A stretch of DNA of 64,000 bases. It comes from Planctomycetota bacterium. Its GTDB lineage: Bacteria > Planctomycetota > B15-G4 > SIAN01. The notes beneath the pieces were generated by a model. It was not told where the DNA came from. It saw only the letters and a list, made by a program, of their open reading frames with translations, and ran no database searches. Shown here piece after piece: positions 30,468 through 40,105 of the stretch. The DNA lies in assembly GCA_031409275.1 (NCBI GenBank), contig JANNXA010000055.1:1-64000 (forward strand), written 5' to 3'. The translations under genes and the position numbers were made by a program. Numbering within the stretch: the stretch's first letter is position 1; every line of letters begins with the position of its first letter.

Positions 30468-31735
30468 GCCTCTTCCGATATCGCGCGGTGTCGATCGTGG
30501 GCGCGCCGGTGGGAGCGCCCGGCAGCGTGCTCACTGGCGAATCATCTGGCGAGAGCGCGGCGGAGGTGCGCGCGCGGCTGCGCGCGGGTGGGCTTCAGGT
30601 GCTCGACCTCGCCCCCGTACGACCACCGTTTCGACTGCCGCAGCTCGGGATCGCCTCGACCATCGCCGCCGCAATCGAGCGCCATCTTCGCTCACGTCGT
30701 CACTCGCAGAAGGAGGAGGCGTGCGATGGGCTTGCGACGCTGCTCGAATCCGGGGTGCCGCTGGTCGAGGCTCTCGACACGGTGTCGCGCGGTGAAGCTG
30801 CGCGGGAGCCAGCACTTCGAAGAGTGCTCGCACTGACGGCGGATCAAGTTCGGGCCGGTGTCTCTCTTGCCGCGGCGCTTGGCGAACACAAGGGGTGGTT
30901 TGATCCCGTCGAAGTGGCGCTGATCGATGCGGCCGAGCACGGCGGCGACCTTGCATCGACGCTGTCGACGCTCGCCGCACGGCAGGCCAAGCACAGCGAG
31001 GTCGGGCAGAAGATCGCGAGCGCGCTGCTCTACCCGAGCATCGTCGGCATGGTCGGCATCGCCGTGTGGCTCTTCCTCAGCACCAAGACCCTGCCGGAGC
31101 TCGCCGGAATCCTTGAGGGTGCGCGGGTCGAAGTACCAACGCTTACTGCGGTGGTGATGGCCTCGGGAAAGTTCGTCGTCGAGCACGCGGCGGCGATCGC
31201 GCTGTTTTTCTTCCTGATTGGAGTCGCCGCTTCCTTGCTCACGACCCACTTCGAGCGGCGGCTGCACCGCCGTGCCGGCGTTACGAAGTTTCGCGCGCTG
31301 ATCGGCATCGGTGCGCTGCGCCGATTGCAACTCGCGCGGGCGACGGGCGCGCTCGCGGAGCTGCTGCGCGGAGGGGTGCCGCTGGTCGAGGCGCTGAAGG
31401 CGGTCGCCCCCACCACCGGCCGCGGAGCGTTGCGAGCTTCAATCGAGCGCAGTGCCGGTGCCATCGAGCAGGGCAAAAACTGGTCGCAGACTCAAGACGA
31501 TGCACGGCTCTATCCGGCCGAGTTCACGCGCTTGGTCGAGATGGGCGAAACGAGCGGTGACCTCGCGCCGCTGCTCGCACGCCTCGCCGACCGGATGGAG
31601 CGGAGTGCCGAGCGGCAGATCTCTCGACTCGCGGCACTCCTTGAACCGGCCGCGATCCTGCTGCTGGCCGCACTGATCGGCATCGTGGTCGCCGCGGCGA
31701 TCCTGCCGCTTACCCGTCTTCAGGGGATTGTTTGA
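30464..31735 (+). CDS. gspF: Type II secretion inner-membrane platform protein
   Basis: LATLLESGVPLVEAL, ALLYP, GETSGDL, LLEP. Confidence 0.93.
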   Translation: MSLFRYRAVSIVGAPVGAPGSVLTGESSGESAAEVRARLRAGGLQVLDLAPVRPPFRLPQLGIASTIAAAIERHLRSRRHSQKEEACDGLATLLESGVPLVEALDTVSRGEAAREPALRRVLALTADQVRAGVSLAAALGEHKGWFDPVEVALIDAAEHGGDLASTLSTLAARQAKHSEVGQKIASALLYPSIVGMVGIAVWLFLSTKTLPELAGILEGARVEVPTLTAVVMASGKFVVEHAAAIALFFFLIGVAASLLTTHFERRLHRRAGVTKFRALIGIGALRRLQLARATGALAELLRGGVPLVEALKAVAPTTGRGALRASIERSAGAIEQGKNWSQTQDDARLYPAEFTRLVEMGETSGDLAPLLARLADRMERSAERQISRLAALLEPAAILLLAALIGIVVAAAILPLTRLQGIV

Positions 31736-31778
31736 CGGGCGTTCGCCAATGCTCCACCGCCACGAAAGGACCGCCGCC

Positions 31779-32213
31779 ATGTCGCTGCCCCGCTCGCGAA
31801 ACTCCGCCGGGATGACCCTGGTCGAGATCCTGGCCGTGGTGGTGATCCTGGGCTTCATCGCAGCGACGCTCGCGATCGGCTTATCGGGGTCCTTTGGTAG
31901 GGCGAAGCACGAACTCGCGAAGACCGGCATCGGCCAGGTCATCGACCGGATCGAGATCTTTCGCATGGAGAAGGGGGTGTGGCCCACCAACGACCTCGGA
32001 TTGAAGGCTCTCTCCGATGGCTACGCCGCCCCCACCGAGCCCTATTACCTCGAACCTTCCAAGTTGCTTGATCCCTGGAATCGCCCGTACTTCTTCGTCG
32101 CACCCGGCCCGGACTTGCGCCCCTACGAAGTCGTCAGCTACGGCGCCGACGGCGCACCCGGTGGCCAGGGCGAGAACGCTGACATCTCGTCGGTCGACTT
32201 GCGAAAGAGCTGA
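31779..32213 (+). CDS. gspG: Major pseudopilin
   Basis: GMTLVEIL prepilin site, DPWNRPY, SYGADGAPGGQGENADI; GAAAGGA RBS. Confidence 0.95.
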   Translation: MSLPRSRNSAGMTLVEILAVVVILGFIAATLAIGLSGSFGRAKHELAKTGIGQVIDRIEIFRMEKGVWPTNDLGLKALSDGYAAPTEPYYLEPSKLLDPWNRPYFFVAPGPDLRPYEVVSYGADGAPGGQGENADISSVDLRKS

Positions 32214-32225
32214 CGAGACGGAGCG

Positions 32226-32693
32226 ATGGCGATGACTCACACCGGGAGCTTTCGAGGTCTGACACTGATCGAGGTGCTGGTCACCACGGTCTTGATCGGG
32301 CTGGTGGCGGCGGTGCTGCTTCACAGCTTTGGTGACGCGCAGCACGAGCGCGCCGCGTTTCGCGCGCTGCTGCGCGAGCTGCGCGACCTCGACGCGAGGG
32401 CCCGTCTGGTGGCGAGAAGTGGCGAAGCGGTCGAGCTGTCCCACGACGGCACGAGTGGCCGGGTCGTCATTCGCGGGAGTGGTGGCGGCAGCATCATTGC
32501 CGAGCGCGAGCTACCACCTGGGGCGACCTGTTCGATTCGGCTCAAGGGTGCACGGAGCGCGCGTGCGATCGCTTTTGACCCGATCGGAGCCTCGCGCGAC
32601 TACACGCTCGACGTCGAGTTCGGGCAGCAGCGGGCGCGACTCGACGTCGCTGGGCTCACGGGGTGGGTCACGCAGTCGGAGCCATCTCCGTGA
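32226..32693 (+). CDS. Minor pseudopilin (GspH-like)
   Basis: RGLTLIEVL N-methylation motif; position after gspG. Confidence 0.8.
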   Translation: MAMTHTGSFRGLTLIEVLVTTVLIGLVAAVLLHSFGDAQHERAAFRALLRELRDLDARARLVARSGEAVELSHDGTSGRVVIRGSGGGSIIAERELPPGATCSIRLKGARSARAIAFDPIGASRDYTLDVEFGQQRARLDVAGLTGWVTQSEPSP

Positions 32694-33112
32694 GTGGCAG
32701 CCGACGCGGGATGACCCTTCTTGAAGTCGTGGTCGCGATCGCGCTGCTCGCGATCATCGCTGTCGTGGTGCTGACGGTCATGATGGCCGCGACCGCGATG
32801 ACGGCTCCGAGGCGCGAGTCGATCGACCCGCACGTACTGCGCGCGCTCGTCGAGAAGCACTTTGCGAATGACGAGGCACTTGCGGCCTTTCGTGACGCTG
32901 GCGAGCTCACTTTGATGCTCGGGGACACAGGCCATCCCCACGACGTGCGATTGCGGTGGCTGCCTCAAGACGACGGGTCTCGGCTCCACGATTGGATCGA
33001 GGCGATCTGCGATGAAGAGAGAGTCCTCCTCTACGTCCGGCGACCGCGCGATGACGCCGTAGGTGCTGAAGCCTCGGTAAGGGCGCCTTCCACGAGTGAG
33101 CCGCGCAAATGA
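32690..33112 (+). CDS. Minor pseudopilin (GspI-like)
   Basis: RRGMTLLEVVVAIALL. Confidence 0.8.
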   Translation: MSGSRRGMTLLEVVVAIALLAIIAVVVLTVMMAATAMTAPRRESIDPHVLRALVEKHFANDEALAAFRDAGELTLMLGDTGHPHDVRLRWLPQDDGSRLHDWIEAICDEERVLLYVRRPRDDAVGAEASVRAPSTSEPRK

Positions 33113-33633
33113 AGCGTCGCGCCGCGGCTGGGCTCACGCTGCTCGAAGTGCTCCTCGCGGTGGCACTGCTGGCGACGGTCGTGTCCGGGACTTCGTGGTT
33201 TCTGCTGACGGCAGCAAAGCGAGCGGTCACCTCCGCGGCGGTAGTCGACGAGCGTGTCGCGCTGGCGGCGCTGTTTGCGGCGATCGATCGCGACCTCATC
33301 GTCGGCGATACAGATGCAAACGCCGTCGAAGGGAAGAGTGGCCGGGTGGCGGTCTCGTCGGATGGCCTGTGGATCGCGACGCGATCGAGCACCACGCACG
33401 TCGGTGCGGTGATCCGCGAGTACACCTGGCGCGCGACTACCCGGGAACTCCTGAGCGTCGAGCGCGCCCGCCTTAGCGCGACCACGGAGTCAAGCGTTCC
33501 GACAGCGGCGCGTGTCGTGCTCGGCGGGGTCGTCGCGTTCGCGACCGAACTGAGCCCGGGTAAAGAGTCGCTTGAGGTCGCCGTCGAGCTTGCATCCGGA
33601 GCAGGGATGCGCCGCGAATGGTCTCTGCCATGA
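33109..33633 (+). CDS. Minor pseudopilin (GspJ-like)
   Basis: AGLTLLEVLLAVALL, IDRDL. Confidence 0.8.
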   Translation: MKRRAAAGLTLLEVLLAVALLATVVSGTSWFLLTAAKRAVTSAAVVDERVALAALFAAIDRDLIVGDTDANAVEGKSGRVAVSSDGLWIATRSSTTHVGAVIREYTWRATTRELLSVERARLSATTESSVPTAARVVLGGVVAFATELSPGKESLEVAVELASGAGMRREWSLP

Positions 33634-34544
33634 ACGCGCGCGAAGCCGAGCCAGCGCGCCGCCCACGCAAGCCGCAGCGAAGCGAGCGGCGGGGAGCGGC
33701 ACTGCTCTTCGCGCTCGCGGTCCTTGCGTTGTTGATGCCCCTTTGCCTCGGCCTCTCAAAGACGATCACCACGTCGGCGCTCAGTCATCACGTCGATCAA
33801 GGCGTACGACTCGTTGACGACCTCCTCGCCGCATCCGAGGGGGCCATCGAAGAGTGGCTGGTGCACGAGGCGCGCTCGCTCGTCCTGCCGCCAAACAACC
33901 TGTATCCCGCCGCCTTGGTACTCGCCGATCACTTCGAATCAGACGGGGTGGATCGCGAGCTGACGATCATCGCGTGGGACCAACACGGGCTCGTGCCGCT
34001 CGCGATTGCGCGTGGCGCCTCGCCGCTGCGACTGGCGCTACCGCGTGGGGTGGCAAGCGCAATCGATCACGGCCCAAGCGGCGGTGAGCACCCGGGGCTC
34101 GACTGGTACCTCGAAAATGGCGACGGCGAAGCATTCCCGCCGATGCCACGGATCGAGAGCTCTACCGGGGAAGCAGTCCTTCGCTGGCCACAATCGACCG
34201 GGAGCAGCGTCGGCGCCTGGATCGCGACGCACGGTAGTGCTGCCATCAACGTCAGCACCGCTCCCATCGCCATCGTCGATGCCGCCCTGCGCGAGCTTGG
34301 CCGTGGCGGGATCGACCTCATCGTCGCTGCACGAGAGAAAGGCGAGTCGGTCCCCGTGCCGGCGCTTGATGGCAGCCACCGTCGCGACGAGCGGCCTGGC
34401 TTCGACTTGGTGTCGAGCAGCGATTGCTTCGCGTTTCGGATCGAGGCGCGGGCGGGACGCGCCAAGCGCAGTATCTGGGCGATCTACGACATGCACGAAG
34501 GGAAGTGGCGACTTGCGCAACGCCTCCTCATCCAGGGTGAGTGA
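33630..34544 (+). CDS. GspK-like pseudopilin
   Basis: RRGAALLFAL (no E+5) and INVSTAP motif typical of GspK. Confidence 0.8.
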   Translation: MNAREAEPARRPRKPQRSERRGAALLFALAVLALLMPLCLGLSKTITTSALSHHVDQGVRLVDDLLAASEGAIEEWLVHEARSLVLPPNNLYPAALVLADHFESDGVDRELTIIAWDQHGLVPLAIARGASPLRLALPRGVASAIDHGPSGGEHPGLDWYLENGDGEAFPPMPRIESSTGEAVLRWPQSTGSSVGAWIATHGSAAINVSTAPIAIVDAALRELGRGGIDLIVAAREKGESVPVPALDGSHRRDERPGFDLVSSSDCFAFRIEARAGRAKRSIWAIYDMHEGKWRLAQRLLIQGE

Positions 34545-35034
34545 GCCCTCCCGCGATCCGCGGCGAGTTTGGCGGCGCCGTTTCGCGGCGATCTGCGGGG
34601 GCGGCGCGTTGCTCGGCGGGGCGCTGGCGCAGTGGGCGCTGTCTCCGTTACCCGCGACCGATGACGTCCTTGAGAAAGATGTCCCTACGGAGGCCGCACC
34701 GGCGGCGGTGGCGGACAAAGTCCTCGCAGTCGATCGACGAGCGTTTGAGCGCCAGCTCTGGTGGGTGCTGCCGAAACTCGATGCCACCACGAAGAGTGAT
34801 GCCAGCGCGCAGCCGCCGCCCGCGCTGCCCCTCGAACTCGACTTGATCGGTGTCACGGAAGTGGGCGGTGTCTTGATCGCCGCCCTCTATGACCGACGCG
34901 CGGACCGACTGCGCCTTGTGCGTCAGGGCGAGCGGATCGAGGATGCGGACGTGGTCGAAGTCACGACGGAGCGGGTGCGACTGACGCGCCAAGACGGCGA
35001 GCTGCTGCTGACCCGACGCAGGCCAGGCCCATGA
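34537..35034 (+). CDS. GspC-like bitopic protein
   Basis: Single TM helix, then LELDLIGV...AAL...VRQGERI...VVEV HR-domain-like pattern. Confidence 0.6.
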   Translation: MSEPSRDPRRVWRRRFAAICGGGALLGGALAQWALSPLPATDDVLEKDVPTEAAPAAVADKVLAVDRRAFERQLWWVLPKLDATTKSDASAQPPPALPLELDLIGVTEVGGVLIAALYDRRADRLRLVRQGERIEDADVVEVTTERVRLTRQDGELLLTRRRPGP

Positions 35035-35942
35035 CCGACGCCGCGCCACCGACGCCCCACTGCGAGCGGCTCACTTGGCCGTCGTCACGCTGCTACTTCG
35101 CACTGCTCGATGCGTCGCGCGTGCCAGGCGGTGAGCGTGTCAGCGAAGAGCGCCTGCGCTTCATACTGGAGCCAGAGCTCCCGGAGCCGCTCGAAGACGT
35201 GCACGCGGCGTTTTTGAGAGTCAGCGCGACGCAGTGGATCGCGTGCGCGGTGCCGCGCCGGGCGATTGAGGCGGAGGTCGCAGCCAGCGTCGTGTCGCTG
35301 ACACCGGATGCCATTCCGAAGCAGCTGCTTGACGCGGTCGCCGCGATCGAAGGGTCGATCGCCCCCAGCGACTTTGAACTGCTGATCGGCGACTACGAAC
35401 CCAAGACGATCCGCGCGTGGCGGCGGCGCTGCATCACGGGTGCGATTACCGTCGTGGTGGTCGTGCTGGCCATCGCGCTCATCGGAGTCGAGCGGCGCAT
35501 TCGACAAGCGATCGGCCATGCTGAGAAGCTCCGAGCGCAACGCTTCGAACTCGTGGCGAAGGCGCTTGGCGAGGCGGGCGCAGCTGCATCGCTACCGCCG
35601 GAGCTTCGCCTCGTGGCGGCACTTCGCGCCCTGCGCCAGACCCGCCGTCAGGGGGACGCGATCGCGCCGGCACGCGATGCAACGGACGTGCTTGAGCAGC
35701 TGCTTCGAAGCTGGCCAGAGTCACTGCCGACGCGCACGGACTCGGTGGTGATCTCGGAGACGGCGGTCCACGTCCGCGGCATCGTCGCCGACAGCGACGC
35801 GGCGCAGTCGCTGGCATCCGCGACGGCGCCGCTTGCGGGGTTTGAGGCGGCGTTTCCGGCGGTGCAGTCCGCACCCGATGGCTGGCGCTTCGGGCTCGCA
35901 TGGCAGCGCAAGTCCACGGCGACTGGAGGGCAACAACCATGA
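35031..35942 (+). CDS. GspL-like protein
   Basis: Cytoplasmic part (EPELPEPLEDVH), one TM helix, coiled coil and periplasmic domain; operon position. Confidence 0.7.
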   Translation: MTDAAPPTPHCERLTWPSSRCYFALLDASRVPGGERVSEERLRFILEPELPEPLEDVHAAFLRVSATQWIACAVPRRAIEAEVAASVVSLTPDAIPKQLLDAVAAIEGSIAPSDFELLIGDYEPKTIRAWRRRCITGAITVVVVVLAIALIGVERRIRQAIGHAEKLRAQRFELVAKALGEAGAAASLPPELRLVAALRALRQTRRQGDAIAPARDATDVLEQLLRSWPESLPTRTDSVVISETAVHVRGIVADSDAAQSLASATAPLAGFEAAFPAVQSAPDGWRFGLAWQRKSTATGGQQP

Positions 35943-36478
35943 AGCGATCGCACGGTCGACTCATGGTGATGGCGGTCACGGCGGTGGCGGTCTTCACTGT
36001 CACGCTGCGGGCGCGCGCGCTTGGCGACGCGGTGGAGGCGGTGGAGGTGGAGGCTCGCGCCACGCATCAGACGACAAAAGACCTCCGCGAACTGGCGATG
36101 CTCAAGACGCAACGCGCGGTGGTCGCCGAAGCGAAGCGCCCCACCAACGACGTCATCGCGCAGGTGAACGCGGTGTTGCGCGACGCCGGGATCCCGACCG
36201 GAAGGCTGAAGTCGCTCGATCCGGAGGCCGACGTGCCACTTGGCGGGCGCTACCGCAGCCAGACCATTCGGCTCGCCCTCGATCGATTGGCACTCGGCGA
36301 AGTGGCCAGCTTTTTGTCGGCGTGGCGGGGTGCTGAGACGGTCTGGACGCCGCGATCGATCGAGCTGACCCATGTCGCTGCGACCGATGGAGCTGACCTT
36401 GGCGTTGACGTGCGAATCGTCATCGCCGCGACCTATCTCGCGGAACTAGCGGAACTTGTCCAGGAGCCCTCTCGATGA
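35939..36478 (+). CDS. GspM-like protein
   Basis: N-terminal TM helix, coiled coil, ferredoxin-like tail; follows the GspL-like gene. Confidence 0.65.
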   Translation: MKRSHGRLMVMAVTAVAVFTVTLRARALGDAVEAVEVEARATHQTTKDLRELAMLKTQRAVVAEAKRPTNDVIAQVNAVLRDAGIPTGRLKSLDPEADVPLGGRYRSQTIRLALDRLALGEVASFLSAWRGAETVWTPRSIELTHVAATDGADLGVDVRIVIAATYLAELAELVQEPSR

Positions 36479-37062
36479 GCACTTCGCCACGCCACCGCCA
36501 CCGCATGGTCGTGCTCGCGATGGTCGCCGCAGCTGCCGGATGCGCGGGTCCCTCGATCGCAGGGCCCTACAGCACCACCGATCCTGCGCACCGCGACGCT
36601 TCAAAAGCCGAGACGCTCACGCGCGACGCCGTCGAGTGCGCGGATGCCGATGCTGCACGCGCGGAAGCGCTGCTGCGCGAGGCGCTCACCGCCGATCTCT
36701 TCCACGGCCCCGCCCACAACAACTTGGGCGTCCTCTACTTTCGCCAGGGAAAGCTCTACGAGGCGGCCAACGAGTTTGAGTGGGCGAGGAAGCTCCTGCC
36801 GGGGCACCCCGATCCGCGCCTGAACCTCGCGCTCGTGCTTGAGCGCGCGGGTCAGGTGACGGAAGCGTTCACGGCGTATGACGCGGCGCTCGAGGCAGCG
36901 CCCGAGCACGTGCCGACGATGCAGGCGTACGCGCGGCTGGCGGTGCGGGAGGGAAGGCGGGACGAGAAGGTCGACGCGATGGTGAAGGCGATTGCGCTGC
37001 GGGGGGAGGATGAGCGGTGGCGAGCGTGGGCGCGCGCGCAAATGGCGCAAGTGGACCGGTAG
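36475..37062 (+). CDS. TPR lipoprotein, putative pilotin (PilF/PilW-like)
   Basis: Lipobox AAAGC; TPRs AHNNLGVLY and PRLNLALVL. Confidence 0.8.
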   Translation: MSTSPRHRHRMVVLAMVAAAAGCAGPSIAGPYSTTDPAHRDASKAETLTRDAVECADADAARAEALLREALTADLFHGPAHNNLGVLYFRQGKLYEAANEFEWARKLLPGHPDPRLNLALVLERAGQVTEAFTAYDAALEAAPEHVPTMQAYARLAVREGRRDEKVDAMVKAIALRGEDERWRAWARAQMAQVDR

Positions 37063-37101
37063 CGTTGCGACGGAATCAGTGTCGCGAGTCGAGCGCTGCC
37101 G

Positions 37102-38412
37102 TCATCGTCCCGAACCCGCGGGCTTTCGTTCGACCGAGACGTCCAGCTCGACGATCCCGCCGGCAAGCAGCGTTCCGGTCTCATCGAAGAACCGCAGATG
37201 CCCAAGTTCGGCACGGCGGACGAGTTCCGCTACGGAAAGGTGAGCTGTACCGACGTTGTCGTGGTCCTCGAGATCACGATCCCGAATCGTCACCGTGACA
37301 AGGCGCCCATCGCTCGCCGCCGTGTAGGGCAGCGTGAAACGCAGTCCCCAATGCGGCAAGAAGTCATCCTGATCGAACGTCCCCTCGCCGCCGAACATGT
37401 GGCCATCGACTTCAACGACAACGAAGCAGTCCGGTGCGGCCGATCCCCTTGAGACCGCGCCGCTCAGCAACGAGGCCGCACTCGTGACGAGCGGATTGGT
37501 CGTGGCGAGTAGCGCCAGCTCCTTCCCGAACTTCGAGACGTCGGCCCCGCCACCGAGCCCATCCCACGGCTTCCCCGACACTGGCTTCGCGGGGAGGATT
37601 ACTGCGCCCTGAATCGTGATCACGAGGTCAACGATCTCGGTCGCTGCGATGCGGGCATCGACGTATGAGGTATCGAGTTCGTGCTGCCGCGCTTGCTTGA
37701 AGCATTCGCACGCTCGGTCGAAGGACCGCTGATCACCACGTGCAGCAGCCGCTTCACCATCGGCCATCGACTTTGCGAAAGACGCTTCGCGATCAGCGTC
37801 CGGCCGGTCCTGTGCCTGACGAGCCCGCTCAAACTCCGCTGTCGCACCACCCCAATCCCGCGTGCTCAAGAATCGCCGCGCCGCTGCAACTCGCAGGTCG
37901 TACTCGACTGTCCGTGCAAGAGCGTCTGCCGTCCTGGCCTTGGCAAGAAGCTCTGACGCCTCGTCGCTCGGAGCGAGGGTCGCCGCGCGAGCAAGGAGTT
38001 CGACTGCCTCCGAGAACCGCTCCTGCTCAAGCGCCAGCCGACCATCACGCAAGCTTGCTGAACCTTCGACTGCCTGCGACTGCTGAAGACGGGCGCGGAC
38101 ATCCTCCGAAGGCCTTAACTGGTAGGCTCGCTCAAGGTGGCCGAGTGCTGCGCGATCATCGTGCAAGGCGCTGCTTTGGGTGGCGAGCGCCAGGTGCAGA
38201 TCGGCGGCGTGCTCGCGAGCTTCAAGGAGCCGTGCCTTGATCACCGCGATCGCGGCCGGGTCGTTCGTCGCCCGAACCGCCTCCTCATAGGCACCAACGG
38301 CCGCGTCCCAGTCATCTCTCGCGCGGGCCGCGTCGCCACGCTCAATTGCGGACGTACAGCCGATGCACATACCAAGGGAAACGCTCAGCATCATCCCCAA
38401 CAAGTGCTTCAT
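37102..38412 (-). CDS. TPR-repeat lipoprotein with C-terminal C2-like domain
   Basis: Lipobox CIGC, TPR helices, then PDCFVVV...DDFLPHW...VTIRDRDLEDHDNVG. Confidence 0.7.
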   Translation of the reverse strand: MKHLLGMMLSVSLGMCIGCTSAIERGDAARARDDWDAAVGAYEEAVRATNDPAAIAVIKARLLEAREHAADLHLALATQSSALHDDRAALGHLERAYQLRPSEDVRARLQQSQAVEGSASLRDGRLALEQERFSEAVELLARAATLAPSDEASELLAKARTADALARTVEYDLRVAAARRFLSTRDWGGATAEFERARQAQDRPDADREASFAKSMADGEAAAARGDQRSFDRACECFKQARQHELDTSYVDARIAATEIVDLVITIQGAVILPAKPVSGKPWDGLGGGADVSKFGKELALLATTNPLVTSAASLLSGAVSRGSAAPDCFVVVEVDGHMFGGEGTFDQDDFLPHWGLRFTLPYTAASDGRLVTVTIRDRDLEDHDNVGTAHLSVAELVRRAELGHLRFFDETGTLLAGGIVELDVSVERKPAGSGR

Positions 38413-38485
38413 TGCTCGCCCCTCAGCGCAATTGGCAGGTCCGGACATCACCGTGGCAGTACGAAGGCTACCATCGTTGTAGTTC

Positions 38486-39058
38486 ATGGTGTACGTAACC
38501 ATTGAATCGAATCACATCCCCAATCGTGAGGAGCACTCGTTGAAACGCGAGAAGCGCCTGTCCGCATCGTCGTCCACCCTCACCCTCGGCGACCTGTCGC
38601 GCCTCCTGCGCGAGCGCGAGTCGGCGATCGCCGAGATGACCTCTCGTCGTGACGCTCTCGCGGCGGAGATCGCGCGGGTCGACGAGGAGGTCGCCGCGGC
38701 GGTGGGTGAAGTGACGATGAAGCGCGGTCGCAAACCCGGCAAACGTGGTCCAGGTCGACCGCCGAAGATCGCGACGAAGGCGAAGCGCGGTCGTCCAGCC
38801 ACGGCGGCGAAAACCATGGAAAAGGCCAAGCGCTCCGGCCGCCCCGCCGGTCCGAAGGGGCAGAGCGGCCTCCACAATGCGATCCGTGCAGCGCTGACGG
38901 GCGCGACCGATCCGGTGAAGGCGGTCAACATCGCGAAGATGGTGCTCGCCAGTGGCTACGAGACCAAGAGCAAGGTCTTTCATCTCATCATCGGGCATCG
39001 GCTCGCCGAGATGTCGGACGTGGTGAAGCCTGAGCGCGGGCTGTACGCGCTGAGGTGA
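38486..39058 (+). CDS. Basic DNA-binding protein (coiled coil, AT-hook-like GRP motifs, C-terminal winged helix)
   Basis: KRGRKP, GRPPK, KRGRP, GRPA; start may be TTG near 38540. Confidence 0.7.
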   Translation: MVYVTIESNHIPNREEHSLKREKRLSASSSTLTLGDLSRLLRERESAIAEMTSRRDALAAEIARVDEEVAAAVGEVTMKRGRKPGKRGPGRPPKIATKAKRGRPATAAKTMEKAKRSGRPAGPKGQSGLHNAIRAALTGATDPVKAVNIAKMVLASGYETKSKVFHLIIGHRLAEMSDVVKPERGLYALR

Positions 39059-40026
39059 ATCGCCCAGGTGCCAAAAGGACAACACGTCGACCGCCGCGCA
39101 GTCGAGCATGTTCAATTCGGTTGCCGTCAACGCGTCGGCGTGCTCATCCGCCGTTGATCCGTCCGTCGAAGGTCTATCTCGACACGTCGCACTGGATTGG
39201 GCTGAGTCAGGGGCGGCATGCCGCGCCGGCGTTCGAGAGGCTCGTCGCAAATGGCGCCATCGCCCCGGTGCTCTCGTTCGCGCACATAAGTGACCTCGCT
39301 GCCAACGCCGACCGTAGCGGCCGTTCGCGCGCGGGAATGTACCTCGATCGAGTGTGCACCCTCGGAGCGGTCTTGTGGGTCCAGGGGTTGAACACGTGTG
39401 CCGCTGACGAGCTTCAAGCGTTCTACGAAACGGTGAAGCTGAAGCGACCGTTGGCGCAGCGGCGGTCTCCGTTCTCGACGATGCTGGTGGACTCTCTCGA
39501 CTTCAAGAATCACAGCAATCCGATCGACCTTGAAGCAGCGCGCCGTTTTGAGCGCAAACACTCTGTCGCCGAGATCATCGACGCCGTTGCTCAGTCCCCA
39601 GGGCGACCCGAGTACGCAGAGTTTCGGGCACAGCTTCCAGCCTCGATCACGAGAATTCGCGAGAGCCGCGGAGCTCTGAAAAGGTTCACATCGAGCGAGA
39701 TTCGGCAGTTCGTGCGCGACATCATCGCGAAGGCAAGCTTGGTTTTTCGGTCAGGCGCCGAGCAGGAGTTGTTCGTTGACGCGGTTCTTGCTCGTCAGGA
39801 CGAGCATCCTGCGCTGAACTTGCGACTGCGGTATCGACAGGGCGGCATCCTCACCGATAGCCCCGCTGCGCCGAGCGACGTCGAGGACTACGACCACCTT
39901 GCCGGATTCGCGTACTGCGACGTCGCATTCGCTGACAAGCGCACGATCGACGCCTTGCGGCGCGCAGGTTGCGACCGCCTTCCCCTGCCAAATGGCTGCT
40001 TTGATCGATGGCTCAAAGAGCGATAA
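39055..40026 (+). CDS. Hypothetical protein, PIN-like fold
   Basis: VYLDTSHW ... SDVEDYDHL...YCDVAFADK acidic pattern; true start probably downstream. Confidence 0.55.
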   Translation: MNRPGAKRTTRRPPRSRACSIRLPSTRRRAHPPLIRPSKVYLDTSHWIGLSQGRHAAPAFERLVANGAIAPVLSFAHISDLAANADRSGRSRAGMYLDRVCTLGAVLWVQGLNTCAADELQAFYETVKLKRPLAQRRSPFSTMLVDSLDFKNHSNPIDLEAARRFERKHSVAEIIDAVAQSPGRPEYAEFRAQLPASITRIRESRGALKRFTSSEIRQFVRDIIAKASLVFRSGAEQELFVDAVLARQDEHPALNLRLRYRQGGILTDSPAAPSDVEDYDHLAGFAYCDVAFADKRTIDALRRAGCDRLPLPNGCFDRWLKER

Positions 40027-40105
40027 TCGAAGCGGCGATCGGGGACCGTCCGCAGCACGGTTGAGTCAATTGATGGCGCTTCCCAATCCCGGGGAGCACC
40101 GTGCG

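Noticed and set aside
26638..37062. Type IV pilus or T6SS cluster
   Set aside because: GspG and GspK signatures, no PilT/PilM, and no Hcp, VgrG, PAAR or Tss genes.
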